From the IMG/VR virus record IMGVR_UViG_3300022744_000020, positions 62,001 to 126,000 of that record: a stretch of DNA of 64,000 bases; one strand, 5' to 3'. The notes beneath the pieces were generated by a model. That model was given only the letters and a program-made list of their open reading frames with translations. It had not been told where the DNA came from and did no database searches. Shown here piece after piece: positions 48,168 to 57,738 of this stretch (position 1 is its first letter; every line of letters begins with the position of its first letter). The position numbers and the translations under genes are program-made.

Positions 48168-49712
48168 ATGGCAATGTTAGCAAGATTCGGCAACACTCAA
48201 GGAGCACGAGTATTTGCGATCGATCACGGCGACCGCGCCTGTGAGTTTGAAGGAGGTATCTACGAGAGACAAATCAAAGATGCCCCAGGGGCGGACAATC
48301 CGATTCGTCTTCTGAACGAATACTGGGAATATCTGGGACAGTACAGCCCGGAGAAGATCGAAAGGATCTTTGAAATATATCGGGTCATTCGAGGAATCTT
48401 CGACGACTACAACGATATCGATACGTTGCAGTATCGTTGTATTCCGCTGGTGTCTGAACTTCTGGACTTCCACGCTCCTGAAGACATGACTCGGTGGCTG
48501 ATGACGAAGACCAACATCGTCATCCCAGCCGATCTGCAAGTCGAGTATGTCCACAATGACGAGAAGCCCGGTAGTCGAGACAAGACGTATCTGAGAGGAG
48601 ACTATATCAAGCTGATCGGCATGTGCATGAGTCTGCGCTGCATGATTCCGGTGTGGTCACATTTCATCTGGCTGACCAAGGGAGATGCTGGAACGGATTG
48701 GAAGGAAGAAACGGCATTCCATCTGATCAGTCGGTCCTGCGTCTACAACTGCGAGGCCATGGTCAATCTTCGCAAGTACGCTCAAGAGATCGTCAACGCC
48801 GATCCAAACAACCTGGGACGAATCCTGAAGACCATTGGCACGGTGGACTATCCGGATTACATGGTGGCGTGCGTCTGCGTCAGTCGGTGCCCGGTGGTGA
48901 ACATTTCCGGACACAATGGCCGGAACATCATCAGTATCATCTATCCGTACCTGAATCCGAGAAACTCCACAATGAACACGATGGGCCGAAACGGCAACGT
49001 CGTGGCAAAGAGGCTCGATGGTTCCGGTGGTGATGACGGTGGTGACGGCAGTCAAATTGAATGCTACAAGGTCAGCCATCCCATCACGGTGGGCGAGCAG
49101 CGAATGGGTGACTATCGCTTCAGCGACAAGCCGGCGATCCTGACGACGCTCACTGGTCTGTTCGGAAATACCGACGACTATGAGTTGTTCATGGAGATCT
49201 GGGAGGCTGCAGAGCCTTTCCGGAAAAAGAGCATTCTGCCGTGTCAGAGAGTGCTCGCAAGTTACGCATTGACCAAATGGGTGAGTCCAACAGCCATCGG
49301 CACCATGGGCCGTGACTCGGTCATCAACGCGCTTTGCATTTCAGCAATCCATTACCTCAAGATGGATTTGCCGGACATCGCAGTGATCTGTACTGCCTGG
49401 AGCACGCAAAAAATGACCATCGGCTCGACGATGATTTCCGGTGCAGACGCACGACTGCGCCTGTCGGCTGAAACCCAACAAGCTCTGCTGGCAAACTTCC
49501 CCAACCTGAGATCAGCCCCTAATAAACGAGAGGTAAAGCCCAGAAATGTAGCAATCGAAGCGCTCCAACTTCTGGCCAGAGAACTGAGTCGTTGTGATTG
49601 GGCCATCACGTTACCCAATCGTCTTTTGCCCGAAAGACTCAAGACGGCGACTTACATGTCCGCTCCACCGGACATTTCCTCCAGACTGGCTAGAATTCTC
49701 CTGTCCCTGTAA
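48168..49712 (+). CDS. nvRNAP promoter-specificity (sigma-like) subunit (phiKZ gp68-like)
   Basis: 514 aa; AGGAG RBS; TYLRGDY..L and MIPVWS.F blocks; gene order. Confidence 0.7.
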   Translation: MAMLARFGNTQGARVFAIDHGDRACEFEGGIYERQIKDAPGADNPIRLLNEYWEYLGQYSPEKIERIFEIYRVIRGIFDDYNDIDTLQYRCIPLVSELLDFHAPEDMTRWLMTKTNIVIPADLQVEYVHNDEKPGSRDKTYLRGDYIKLIGMCMSLRCMIPVWSHFIWLTKGDAGTDWKEETAFHLISRSCVYNCEAMVNLRKYAQEIVNADPNNLGRILKTIGTVDYPDYMVACVCVSRCPVVNISGHNGRNIISIIYPYLNPRNSTMNTMGRNGNVVAKRLDGSGGDDGGDGSQIECYKVSHPITVGEQRMGDYRFSDKPAILTTLTGLFGNTDDYELFMEIWEAAEPFRKKSILPCQRVLASYALTKWVSPTAIGTMGRDSVINALCISAIHYLKMDLPDIAVICTAWSTQKMTIGSTMISGADARLRLSAETQQALLANFPNLRSAPNKREVKPRNVAIEALQLLARELSRCDWAITLPNRLLPERLKTATYMSAPPDISSRLARILLSL

Positions 49713-49732
49713 CTACAACGAAGCAAACCAAC

Positions 49733-51163
49733 ATGTACCCGAACCAAATCAAAATCGCCCGCATCATTCTGGCCCCCACCGGTACCTACCAGGATCACTT
49801 TCAAACCCCGATCGCACTGGCGTTCACCCCTCAGTCCGACAGCGTGCTGTCGGAGATGATCGGTCGAGGCACTACGACGGCTAGTCAGGTAGCCCGGCAG
49901 CTCAGCGACAGCATCGGTCTGGCCCATCTGCCGCACGCCGGAGTGAGCATCACCAATTCCTGGGCTGAGCGGCGTATGCGCTTCATCATGGAGATTCATG
50001 TCGAAGGACAACATGCCGGCACGAGCATCGAATACGTGATGGGTTGGACCTCGCACGTTGGTGTCACACCCAACGGCTTCATCGACCAGAACATGACGAT
50101 GGTGGTCAACAGTACGACCATGCTGCGCAACAGCATCAGCTTCGGCATGGATGGTCGCCGGCAAAACAACATCTTCGTGGCGGACAACTCCCACCTGCTC
50201 AGCAGCGGGATGAACGGACACGTTCCGATCGGACAACGCACGATTCGTCCTCAAGACGCGCTGGTGCTGGGCAACAACTCCCAGTTCCTGGACATGGGTG
50301 AGAACGTCATCGACGCACGTGGCCAACTCACCAACACGCCAGTCAAGACCGATCGCAGCAACGAGTCCCCGGCGCAATGGTTCGCGCAGTTCATCAACTC
50401 GTGGATGCAAGCATGTCAGTCCAATCGAAACGAGATGGACTACAGCCGAGAGGAGATGGTCGGTGCGGCCGTGGCGCAAACCGACGACAACTGGGTCGCC
50501 AACGATCCGTTCCTCGTGACGATCCGAGACCATAGTCAAACGCGAGGTAGCAGTTTCACCTGGGGAGATCTCCTCACCATCGACCCGAGTATCGTGCAGC
50601 GCGTCAGCATCATTCCGTGCAGCACTGATGTGTATCAAACCCTCAGCACGCGTGGGGGTGCGGCCAACTGGGACGACGGAACGACGGAGAACTACATCGC
50701 TCGTGTGATCGCCAACACCATTCCTGGGTTGATGCTGGCGTGTAACTACCAGTCGGTGACGTTCCAGTTCAACCACGTCGGGGAGTTCCTCTACTCCAAC
50801 CTGTCGAGTCTGACCAATCAGGACATCAAGATCAATGCTGAAAAGCTGAAGAATCGAATCCTGAGTGAGATTCTCCCGCTGATCAGCCCACAGCAGTCGG
50901 TCGGGTTTGTGGCCGTCTGCGCACTGGATGCCTACGGTGAATCTATCGTGGACGTGACCCTGGGCAATGACACGATGCGTTACGTCAGCGCCGGCTTCGC
51001 TGATGCCCTGTTCTCGACTCTGATGAGCACCAATCAGGAACACATCGTGGGCCTGGCACTCGGACTCGGACGAACCATGGACCGCGTGGCCAGCTACTAC
51101 TGCCCCTCCATGGCCAACAATCAAGCCTCCATGGGTGCCTTCTCTCCTTCGATGGAGTATTGA
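49733..51163 (+). CDS. picA: PicA/Imp1-like nuclear import factor (phiKZ gp69-like)
   Basis: 476 aa directly after the gp68-like gene; TGTY, NSW..RR.RF.M and IRPQD blocks. Confidence 0.65.
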   Translation: MYPNQIKIARIILAPTGTYQDHFQTPIALAFTPQSDSVLSEMIGRGTTTASQVARQLSDSIGLAHLPHAGVSITNSWAERRMRFIMEIHVEGQHAGTSIEYVMGWTSHVGVTPNGFIDQNMTMVVNSTTMLRNSISFGMDGRRQNNIFVADNSHLLSSGMNGHVPIGQRTIRPQDALVLGNNSQFLDMGENVIDARGQLTNTPVKTDRSNESPAQWFAQFINSWMQACQSNRNEMDYSREEMVGAAVAQTDDNWVANDPFLVTIRDHSQTRGSSFTWGDLLTIDPSIVQRVSIIPCSTDVYQTLSTRGGAANWDDGTTENYIARVIANTIPGLMLACNYQSVTFQFNHVGEFLYSNLSSLTNQDIKINAEKLKNRILSEILPLISPQQSVGFVAVCALDAYGESIVDVTLGNDTMRYVSAGFADALFSTLMSTNQEHIVGLALGLGRTMDRVASYYCPSMANNQASMGAFSPSMEY

Positions 51164-51200
51164 AGACCCGATTCATTCAGACGCTTGCGTCTGATCCCAC

Positions 51201-52904
51201 ATGGCGCTCCATCTCGAGCGCCTTTTTGAGACAGCCATGTACGATCAAAAAGCATTGAAATTCCTCCGGGATATTCTACCCCTGGGTTCCATGATCGTCA
51301 CCCCAGGTGAAACCATTGACGCGCAAATCGGCAATGAGCGCGTTCAGATCTTGGTGGAAGGTCGCAAGATCATTCTGCCGGAAGAGCGTTACAACTCTTT
51401 GAGCACAGCGGAACGCGAGCAGTTTCACGTGTTCCTGCCGCTCCAGGAAAGCTCCGCTGTCGTCGCGGTTTCGAAAGCCACGGAAAAATGGATTCGAAAC
51501 TGCGTGGTCACCATCAACCTGAAGACCATCGGTCTGATTGGCGACCTGCTGCGAATCGCGCACAGCCGCTACGTCAACGACGCCCCGATCCAGTTCGCAC
51601 CGCTGCTGGTTGCTCTCAATGAGTGCGACCCCAACAAATCCAAGGTCAAGAAGGGAAAAGAAGGGGAGGTCGAAACGATCTCCCATAGCTGGATCGACAA
51701 GTGGGGGCAACTGAGTCGCAAGTTCACCGACAGCCAGTGGACTGCGGCTAACAGTCTGGTTTGGGGATTCTCCAAACGAAACGCTCGCGTGGATAACGTG
51801 AGCTACCTGCGCGCCTTCGTCACAACTTTCCCGCTCTACGAAGAGTTGGTGCTGGCTGAGACGCGGGAAAAGAAGGAGGTGTATGGGATCACCATTCCTT
51901 CGGCGCTGCGACGCACGATCCGGCAGATCTTCGAGGTGCTTTTCCCGAACCTGAACAAGGAAGGGGAGTATCTGTTCCGAACGAACTCCCATCATGCTCC
52001 GGTTCTGATCGTCTGCTTGCAGGCGATGCACAAGCTGTACTCGAAGATCAATGAGCTGATCGAGAGCGACTTCTACCAGAACACCATGCGTGCCCTGGGT
52101 GAAGATCCGGTTGAACCCATGAGCATGGAGTGGACAACCTGGTACTCGAATATCGAGCAGAACCTGGCAGACATCTCCAGCAAGATGGGTGTCAGCGTGG
52201 TGACCGCGAGCCAATCCGCGCAGGCTCGAAGCATTCCGGTCCCTGAAGTGAGCGTTCCTGTTGTTGTCCCGCCCCTGCAACAACAAGCTCAGATCACACC
52301 TCCGAGCCTTCCAATGAACCCGACCCAACCGGTGACCACCCCTGGGGTTCGTCGTATCGCAACGATCGATGGCGGATGGCGAGAAATTCAGGAAATCCGA
52401 CCGGTAACGCCTGGCATTCCAATCGGGGTTCAGGACCAAGGACCGGCCAATCTGGGAAGTTCGTTGCTGGTCAAACGTGCAGAGCAGGCCCAGGTACAAG
52501 CCGTCATGCCGGGCGTGGATTGGACTGATCTGACCGAGACGTTCATGCTTCCCCTGAATGCGCGGCAGGTCATTCAGGTACCGATTGAGCAAGCCGTTGC
52601 CCTGATGCAGCAAGGCAGTACGGTGTTCAACCGAATGGGGCTGCCGATCGAGATCGCACAAGGAAGAATCGGTTTGATCTTTCGTGTTCGACCTGACGCA
52701 CTCAAGGTCTATCAGGAAAGGATGGCGGCAGCTCAGCAGCAGCAGAATCTTTTCCCAGCACCGGCGTCCGGCTTCGGCGGAGGTGGTGGAGGCTTCGGGG
52801 CGGCAAACCCACTGGTGGCCAGCAATCCCTTCTCCTTCGCAAGCGCAAACCAAGTGGGGATGATGCCTCAGCGAACACTCATCAACAACCTGCCTCACTA
52901 TTGA
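51201..52904 (+). CDS. conserved protein (phiKZ gp70-like) with a long Pro/Gln/Gly-rich C-terminal region
   Basis: 567 aa; HVFLPLQES and FPLYEEL blocks; gene order. Confidence 0.6.
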   Translation: MALHLERLFETAMYDQKALKFLRDILPLGSMIVTPGETIDAQIGNERVQILVEGRKIILPEERYNSLSTAEREQFHVFLPLQESSAVVAVSKATEKWIRNCVVTINLKTIGLIGDLLRIAHSRYVNDAPIQFAPLLVALNECDPNKSKVKKGKEGEVETISHSWIDKWGQLSRKFTDSQWTAANSLVWGFSKRNARVDNVSYLRAFVTTFPLYEELVLAETREKKEVYGITIPSALRRTIRQIFEVLFPNLNKEGEYLFRTNSHHAPVLIVCLQAMHKLYSKINELIESDFYQNTMRALGEDPVEPMSMEWTTWYSNIEQNLADISSKMGVSVVTASQSAQARSIPVPEVSVPVVVPPLQQQAQITPPSLPMNPTQPVTTPGVRRIATIDGGWREIQEIRPVTPGIPIGVQDQGPANLGSSLLVKRAEQAQVQAVMPGVDWTDLTETFMLPLNARQVIQVPIEQAVALMQQGSTVFNRMGLPIEIAQGRIGLIFRVRPDALKVYQERMAAAQQQQNLFPAPASGFGGGGGGFGAANPLVASNPFSFASANQVGMMPQRTLINNLPHY

Positions 52905-52919
52905 GTTGAAGTGGCAGAG

Positions 52920-52962
52920 ATAACACCCGGCGAGCTTTCGCTCTGCCGGGTGTTATTTTTTT
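52920..52962. terminator. terminator
   Basis: ataacacccggc-gagctttcgctct-gccgggtgttat followed by a T run. Confidence 0.75.
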
Positions 52963-52963
52963 G

Positions 52964-53308
52964 TCAGATGCGATTACTCAAAGACGTTCGGTAATTTGTC
53001 AAGATTCGATTAACCTCTCGAACTGAGGGCACCAGGATCTCTTTGGTTTGCACCCCGAAATCAGCAGGTGATCGCATGAAACTAACCCGCATGATGGTCC
53101 AGTGGTATTGTGATTCGATCTTAGCTTCCCGACAATACCCGTAAAAGTCTCCACTGTAAATAATTGCTTTCTCCAAAGGAACCACTGCAGTTCTGGTCTC
53201 GGAAGAAGTTCGAAGGTAACTCAAATGAGCCTCTATCTCATTCATGAACCCCGGAGAGTAATAAAGATCTGGTCCCGAGGAGGTCATCCTGCTTAAGAAA
53301 GGCATCAT
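52964..53308 (-). CDS. small conserved protein, possibly T4 gp53/LysM-like baseplate component
   Basis: GDFYG...HWTIMRV....SP...ILVP pattern. Confidence 0.5.
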   Translation of the reverse strand: MMPFLSRMTSSGPDLYYSPGFMNEIEAHLSYLRTSSETRTAVVPLEKAIIYSGDFYGYCREAKIESQYHWTIMRVSFMRSPADFGVQTKEILVPSVREVNRILTNYRTSLSNRI

Positions 53309-53360
53309 GCTTGAAAATTCCCATTAAAATTAATACTGCTTTTGGCTAAATTTATAATCA

Positions 53361-53375
53361 CACATTATAAATTTG
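53361..53375 (+). promoter_or_regulatory. early promoter motif
   Basis: CACATTAT-aaatt-TG. Confidence 0.65.
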
Positions 53376-53418
53376 ACCACCTCAAGCGGTGTGTCTACCA
53401 CGAAAGGTCTGCATAAAA

Positions 53419-55554
53419 ATGATCAACATCGACGAACTGAGACATTGGGATTACAGCGCCTACCCTGCGAGTGAAGTAACTCGTGAGATGTTGGGGGTGG
53501 CTGGTTATAACCCTTTTGTCAATTACGACTCGGCCTCCCGTCAGCAGATGGGGGTCGTTCAGCGCGCCCAGACGCCTCCGGCTTCTGGCAGTGAAGTTCC
53601 AAGACTCATCACGGGGTTGGAGAGAGAGTTTGGGAAGTACACCCACAGCATTCGCATGCCTGCCGACGGCGTGGTGGTGGCCGTCATTCAACGCTATCCG
53701 GTACGTGTGGGGGAAAACAGTTTCAACGATGAGTCCATCGTCATCTATGAAGCCCCTGGCGGCGTCCTTGACAGCTTCATGATCCAACCCTACTGGCAGC
53801 GTCACCAGTTGGGTTATCGGTTCAAGCCCAAGCCTGAAGCTCTGAGGAAGCTCCAAGTAGGAAATCAGATTCCCGAGGGTACGATCTTCTACGACACGCC
53901 GAACATCGCTGATGATGGGACGCTCATGATCGGCAACAATGCGTGTGTAGCACGCATGACCATGCCGGGGGTGGCGGAAGACGGTGTGGTGGTTTCTGAG
54001 GAGTACCTGCAACGATTAGGGCTGACCACACTGGAGACGCGAGTCATCAATGTGTCTGGTACGGAAATCGCCAAGAACATGTACGGAGATGACAAGAACT
54101 ACAAAGTCTTTCCTGACATTGGTGATCACATTCGAGACGATTCCATCTTGATGTGTGTCACGGAACTCGGCGACCCACTGCTGGCTCCGGCTCTGTCTTC
54201 TCCGAGAATGCTGCGCGATGTGGATTACCTGAACGACAAACCTACGACGGTGGGGGATTCGTCCGGTGTGGTTGTCTCCATTCGTGTGGATTACGACGGG
54301 TACTCGGATGTGGGTGCGGAGTACGACGCCCAACTGATGAAGTACAGTCGAGCTCTGAAGCAGTACATGCAGAAGATCATCGACGTGTATCTGGAGTTCA
54401 AGCGTCGGCGGGCTCAAGAAGGCCGTGAGCTGGAGTTGGGCAACCACTTCCACCAGATGGTGGTGGAGGCAATGGGGATCACGAACTACACGGGTTCGGG
54501 TCGTCCTGAGCGTCTGAGTCTTCAGCACAAAAAGAATCCGATCAAAGGGTTCCGCGTAGAGATTGTGGTGATGTATGAAAACATCACTCCCAACATTGGA
54601 TTCAAACTGACTGAACCGGGTGGTGGAAAAGGCGTCATCTGTCAGCGAGTTCCTGCCTCTCACATGCCCCGAGATCAGTGGGGTCGAGTGGCTGACATCT
54701 GCATGGATCCGAACAGCACGTTTGCTCGGATGATTCCCAGTCAGTGGTTGAGTGCCTACTATCAAGACAGCCTCTTCCACTGCTTCCGGAATCTCAAGTC
54801 TCGACTGGGCATCAATCGCGACTTGACGAAGAAGGAGGCGCTCGACTACCTCAACCAAAAACCACGGGAAGAGGTCTACTCAGCAGCTTGGTACCTGCTG
54901 AAGTTCTATGCCATCGTGGCCAGTGAAATGCTGGAGTGGTTCAAAGACGCCGACGACACCAAGATCTACCACCACTTGGCTCAAGTCCTTCAGTACGGGA
55001 TCTACCTGTACGTCCCGCCCGAGCATCGAATTCCTGGATTCGATGTGATCCGAGCCATCAAAAACTCGGAGTACCGCCCACCGAAAGGAGTGGTCACGTA
55101 CATTGGGAATTCCGGTAAGCTCCGAACAACCAAAGTTCCCATCCGACTATCGACCATGGAGGTCCAACTGCTGGAGAAGATCGCCAACGACTGGAGTGCT
55201 ATTCACACGCCGAGACTGCACTATACTGGGGTTCCAGCCCCAATGAATCCGGACGACAAGAGCCGAAGGGCTTTCCGGATTCAGGCAGTCAAGGGGTACG
55301 ACGAAGCCGCCACGGCTTTGCTGCGGGCTGCGCTTGGGGCACATTACGTGGCGCGTCTGATGAACTTCAACAACAATCCCGACACTCTGATCAGTGCGGC
55401 CGATCAGATTCTTGGCTCGCCAACACCAGGACATTTCCACGACCTCACACCTGGAGATCCACACCTGGGTGGGGCACGACCCATTCGTCTGGTGAATCAC
55501 ATGTTTGCATGCATGGGGTTCGAAGTAGATTGGGCGGCAGCGCCTGCTCGGTAA
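53419..55554 (+). CDS. non-virion RNAP beta C-terminal subunit (phiKZ gp71-73-like)
   Basis: SASRQQM..QRAQ, TGLE, AEDGVVVS, GFKLT..GGGKGVI and ADICMDP....RM. Confidence 0.9.
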   Translation: MINIDELRHWDYSAYPASEVTREMLGVAGYNPFVNYDSASRQQMGVVQRAQTPPASGSEVPRLITGLEREFGKYTHSIRMPADGVVVAVIQRYPVRVGENSFNDESIVIYEAPGGVLDSFMIQPYWQRHQLGYRFKPKPEALRKLQVGNQIPEGTIFYDTPNIADDGTLMIGNNACVARMTMPGVAEDGVVVSEEYLQRLGLTTLETRVINVSGTEIAKNMYGDDKNYKVFPDIGDHIRDDSILMCVTELGDPLLAPALSSPRMLRDVDYLNDKPTTVGDSSGVVVSIRVDYDGYSDVGAEYDAQLMKYSRALKQYMQKIIDVYLEFKRRRAQEGRELELGNHFHQMVVEAMGITNYTGSGRPERLSLQHKKNPIKGFRVEIVVMYENITPNIGFKLTEPGGGKGVICQRVPASHMPRDQWGRVADICMDPNSTFARMIPSQWLSAYYQDSLFHCFRNLKSRLGINRDLTKKEALDYLNQKPREEVYSAAWYLLKFYAIVASEMLEWFKDADDTKIYHHLAQVLQYGIYLYVPPEHRIPGFDVIRAIKNSEYRPPKGVVTYIGNSGKLRTTKVPIRLSTMEVQLLEKIANDWSAIHTPRLHYTGVPAPMNPDDKSRRAFRIQAVKGYDEAATALLRAALGAHYVARLMNFNNNPDTLISAADQILGSPTPGHFHDLTPGDPHLGGARPIRLVNHMFACMGFEVDWAAAPAR

Positions 55555-55569
55555 AAGGAAATCGACAAG

Positions 55570-57636
55570 ATGATTAGAATATCCGCAAGAAAACTTCTGC
55601 TTCGCGATTCAGAAGAGCTGTGGGAAAACCTTCGGGGTCGCTTCATTCTGGTTTACGACGATCGTGAGGTCGTCACGCACTGGAAGGAAGCCATTCTGTC
55701 GTGGTATGGCCTTCGACAATTCAAGGAGTATCCGCACGTCCCTGTGGTGAGTAGTTGTCATTGCACGAACTTCATGCCGACCGGCGGCGTGAGCGTATCG
55801 ACGATGACTGAGATGTTGTGCCACGTGATCTTCCACATCTACGATCACAGCGCGCATCTGATTCGAGCGGATCATCCTGAGAACCGCTATAAGAATCGCT
55901 CGAAGTTCATGGAGCGGCTGTATCTGTTGATCTATCGGATCAACAACCGCGCCTACAACGAACTAATCATCAACCTGGAGGAGTTCGTCCACACCATCGA
56001 CCCTGAAGACATTCTGGAGATCTTGGATCACGAAGGAATTCGAGAAGTCAAGAGAACGGCAGAGCCGACGGTTGAAGGGACCAATGAGATCTACAAGGTC
56101 ATCACGGATGCGCTCAAGAACGATCCTGTGTTGAGGAAGAACGCCGCAGCCACGGCTGTTCGTCTGGGCACTGTCAATCTTCGTCAAGCGCTCCAGCTCT
56201 TCGGCCGACGAGGCTTCTTACCGGAAGTCAATGGACAGATCTTCCCCAATCCGATCAAGGGAGGGTTCTGCGATGGCTTCCGACTGCTGGTGGATGTCAT
56301 CATGGAATCCTCAGCTTGTGCTACGGCACTGATGGCTGCCGGGGACGATCTCAGAACCTCACAGTACGGCGCTCGGCGTCTGTCGATCAATGCAGGGGTG
56401 GTCGAGAAGATTGTCGATGAGGATTGTGGATCCGGGGCTTATCTGCTATGGAAGGTGCGCGGAGATGTCCGACATTCTCCGACGCAGGTGACACCTGGAG
56501 ATCTGAGGGGGTTGGCTGGCAAGTATTACCTGGACGATGACGGCCTCCTGAAGGTTGTTCGGAAAACAGACACGCACCTCATCGGGCGAACATTGAAGTT
56601 GCGTTCTCCCTTTACGGGTTGCGCCACGCGAGAACCTGGCGCCATCTGTGCGGTTTGCTTCGGTGAAGGCTACCTGCAAATCCCGGAGGGTACTGACATT
56701 GGTCCAACGGCCACCAACACCGTCACGGAAAAGTCAGCTCAGGAACTCCTCGGCAAGAAGCACGTCATTGCCTCCGAGGCCATGGAAGGTATTCGTCTCG
56801 ACCAGTTCACCAAGAAGTTCTTCACGGCCGAGTACAACGGATCGGTCTACTTCATCAATCCAAAGATCATCAAACCTGGATTGAAGATGCGGATCACGGC
56901 ACCACAAGTGTCCGGGCTTTCCGACATCCACTTGGAGAATGCGGTTCAGCGCATCAACATCTCGCGCGTCAGCTCCATCGTCAAGGTGGCGTTTGAACAC
57001 ATTGATCAGCACGGCGTCGTGACCATTGAAGACAACGTGAAGGTCAATGCGGCTAATCGCCAAGCCATGTTCACGCGAGAAGCTCTGGCCTATCTGCGTA
57101 ACGACCACTACGAGAACATGGGGACGTTCGTCGAGATCGATCTGTCGGAATGGGATCCCGCACTCCCGTTCTTCCAGTTGGACAACCAGCAAGACAGCGC
57201 AAGCGATCGACTCAAGAAGATCATGTCGATCATCGAGGGAACGGTTGCTAAGAGTGAAGAGCGGTCGACACAAGACCCTGCAGATCTCTTGGCTGAGTTG
57301 TTCGACCTCCTCAACGAGCGACTTGGTATTAGCCTGGCTTTGCTGGAAGTGATCATGCTTTCGGTCATGGCGACGAATCCGAGTCTTGGAAACTACACCA
57401 TCCCGAAGGAAGGAGACGAAAGGATTCCAACGGTTCTGGATACGGCGATTCAGAATCGCTCCGCTGCAGGCTATCTGTGCTACGAAGGCTTCAATAAGGG
57501 CGTGCAAAGCCCCGATAGGTTCCTGGTGGACCCGATAGGGAACCCCGCTTCGATCCCTGTCGATCACCCGCTGGACATGCTGATCAATCCACGGCAAGTG
57601 ATTGATCACATGCGCCAAACAGGTAAGTTGGTTTAA
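55570..57636 (+). CDS. non-virion RNAP beta' C-terminal subunit (phiKZ gp74-like)
   Basis: DCG, LRSPFTGC...ICAVCFG zinc site and QELLGKKH trigger-loop-like segment. Confidence 0.88.
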   Translation: MIRISARKLLLRDSEELWENLRGRFILVYDDREVVTHWKEAILSWYGLRQFKEYPHVPVVSSCHCTNFMPTGGVSVSTMTEMLCHVIFHIYDHSAHLIRADHPENRYKNRSKFMERLYLLIYRINNRAYNELIINLEEFVHTIDPEDILEILDHEGIREVKRTAEPTVEGTNEIYKVITDALKNDPVLRKNAAATAVRLGTVNLRQALQLFGRRGFLPEVNGQIFPNPIKGGFCDGFRLLVDVIMESSACATALMAAGDDLRTSQYGARRLSINAGVVEKIVDEDCGSGAYLLWKVRGDVRHSPTQVTPGDLRGLAGKYYLDDDGLLKVVRKTDTHLIGRTLKLRSPFTGCATREPGAICAVCFGEGYLQIPEGTDIGPTATNTVTEKSAQELLGKKHVIASEAMEGIRLDQFTKKFFTAEYNGSVYFINPKIIKPGLKMRITAPQVSGLSDIHLENAVQRINISRVSSIVKVAFEHIDQHGVVTIEDNVKVNAANRQAMFTREALAYLRNDHYENMGTFVEIDLSEWDPALPFFQLDNQQDSASDRLKKIMSIIEGTVAKSEERSTQDPADLLAELFDLLNERLGISLALLEVIMLSVMATNPSLGNYTIPKEGDERIPTVLDTAIQNRSAAGYLCYEGFNKGVQSPDRFLVDPIGNPASIPVDHPLDMLINPRQVIDHMRQTGKLV

Positions 57637-57738
57637 GTAGCTGGGCAGCGTGGGGAGCAATCCTCGCGCTGCCTTTCCTTTATTTTTAATGCACATTGTT
57701 CTTAGTTCAGCAGACGGATCGTTTATAAACTAAGAACA

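Noticed and set aside
49652-52898. Long antisense ORFs of 490 and 540 aa over the picA-like and gp70-like genes
   Set aside because: Antisense shadows with no independent expression signals
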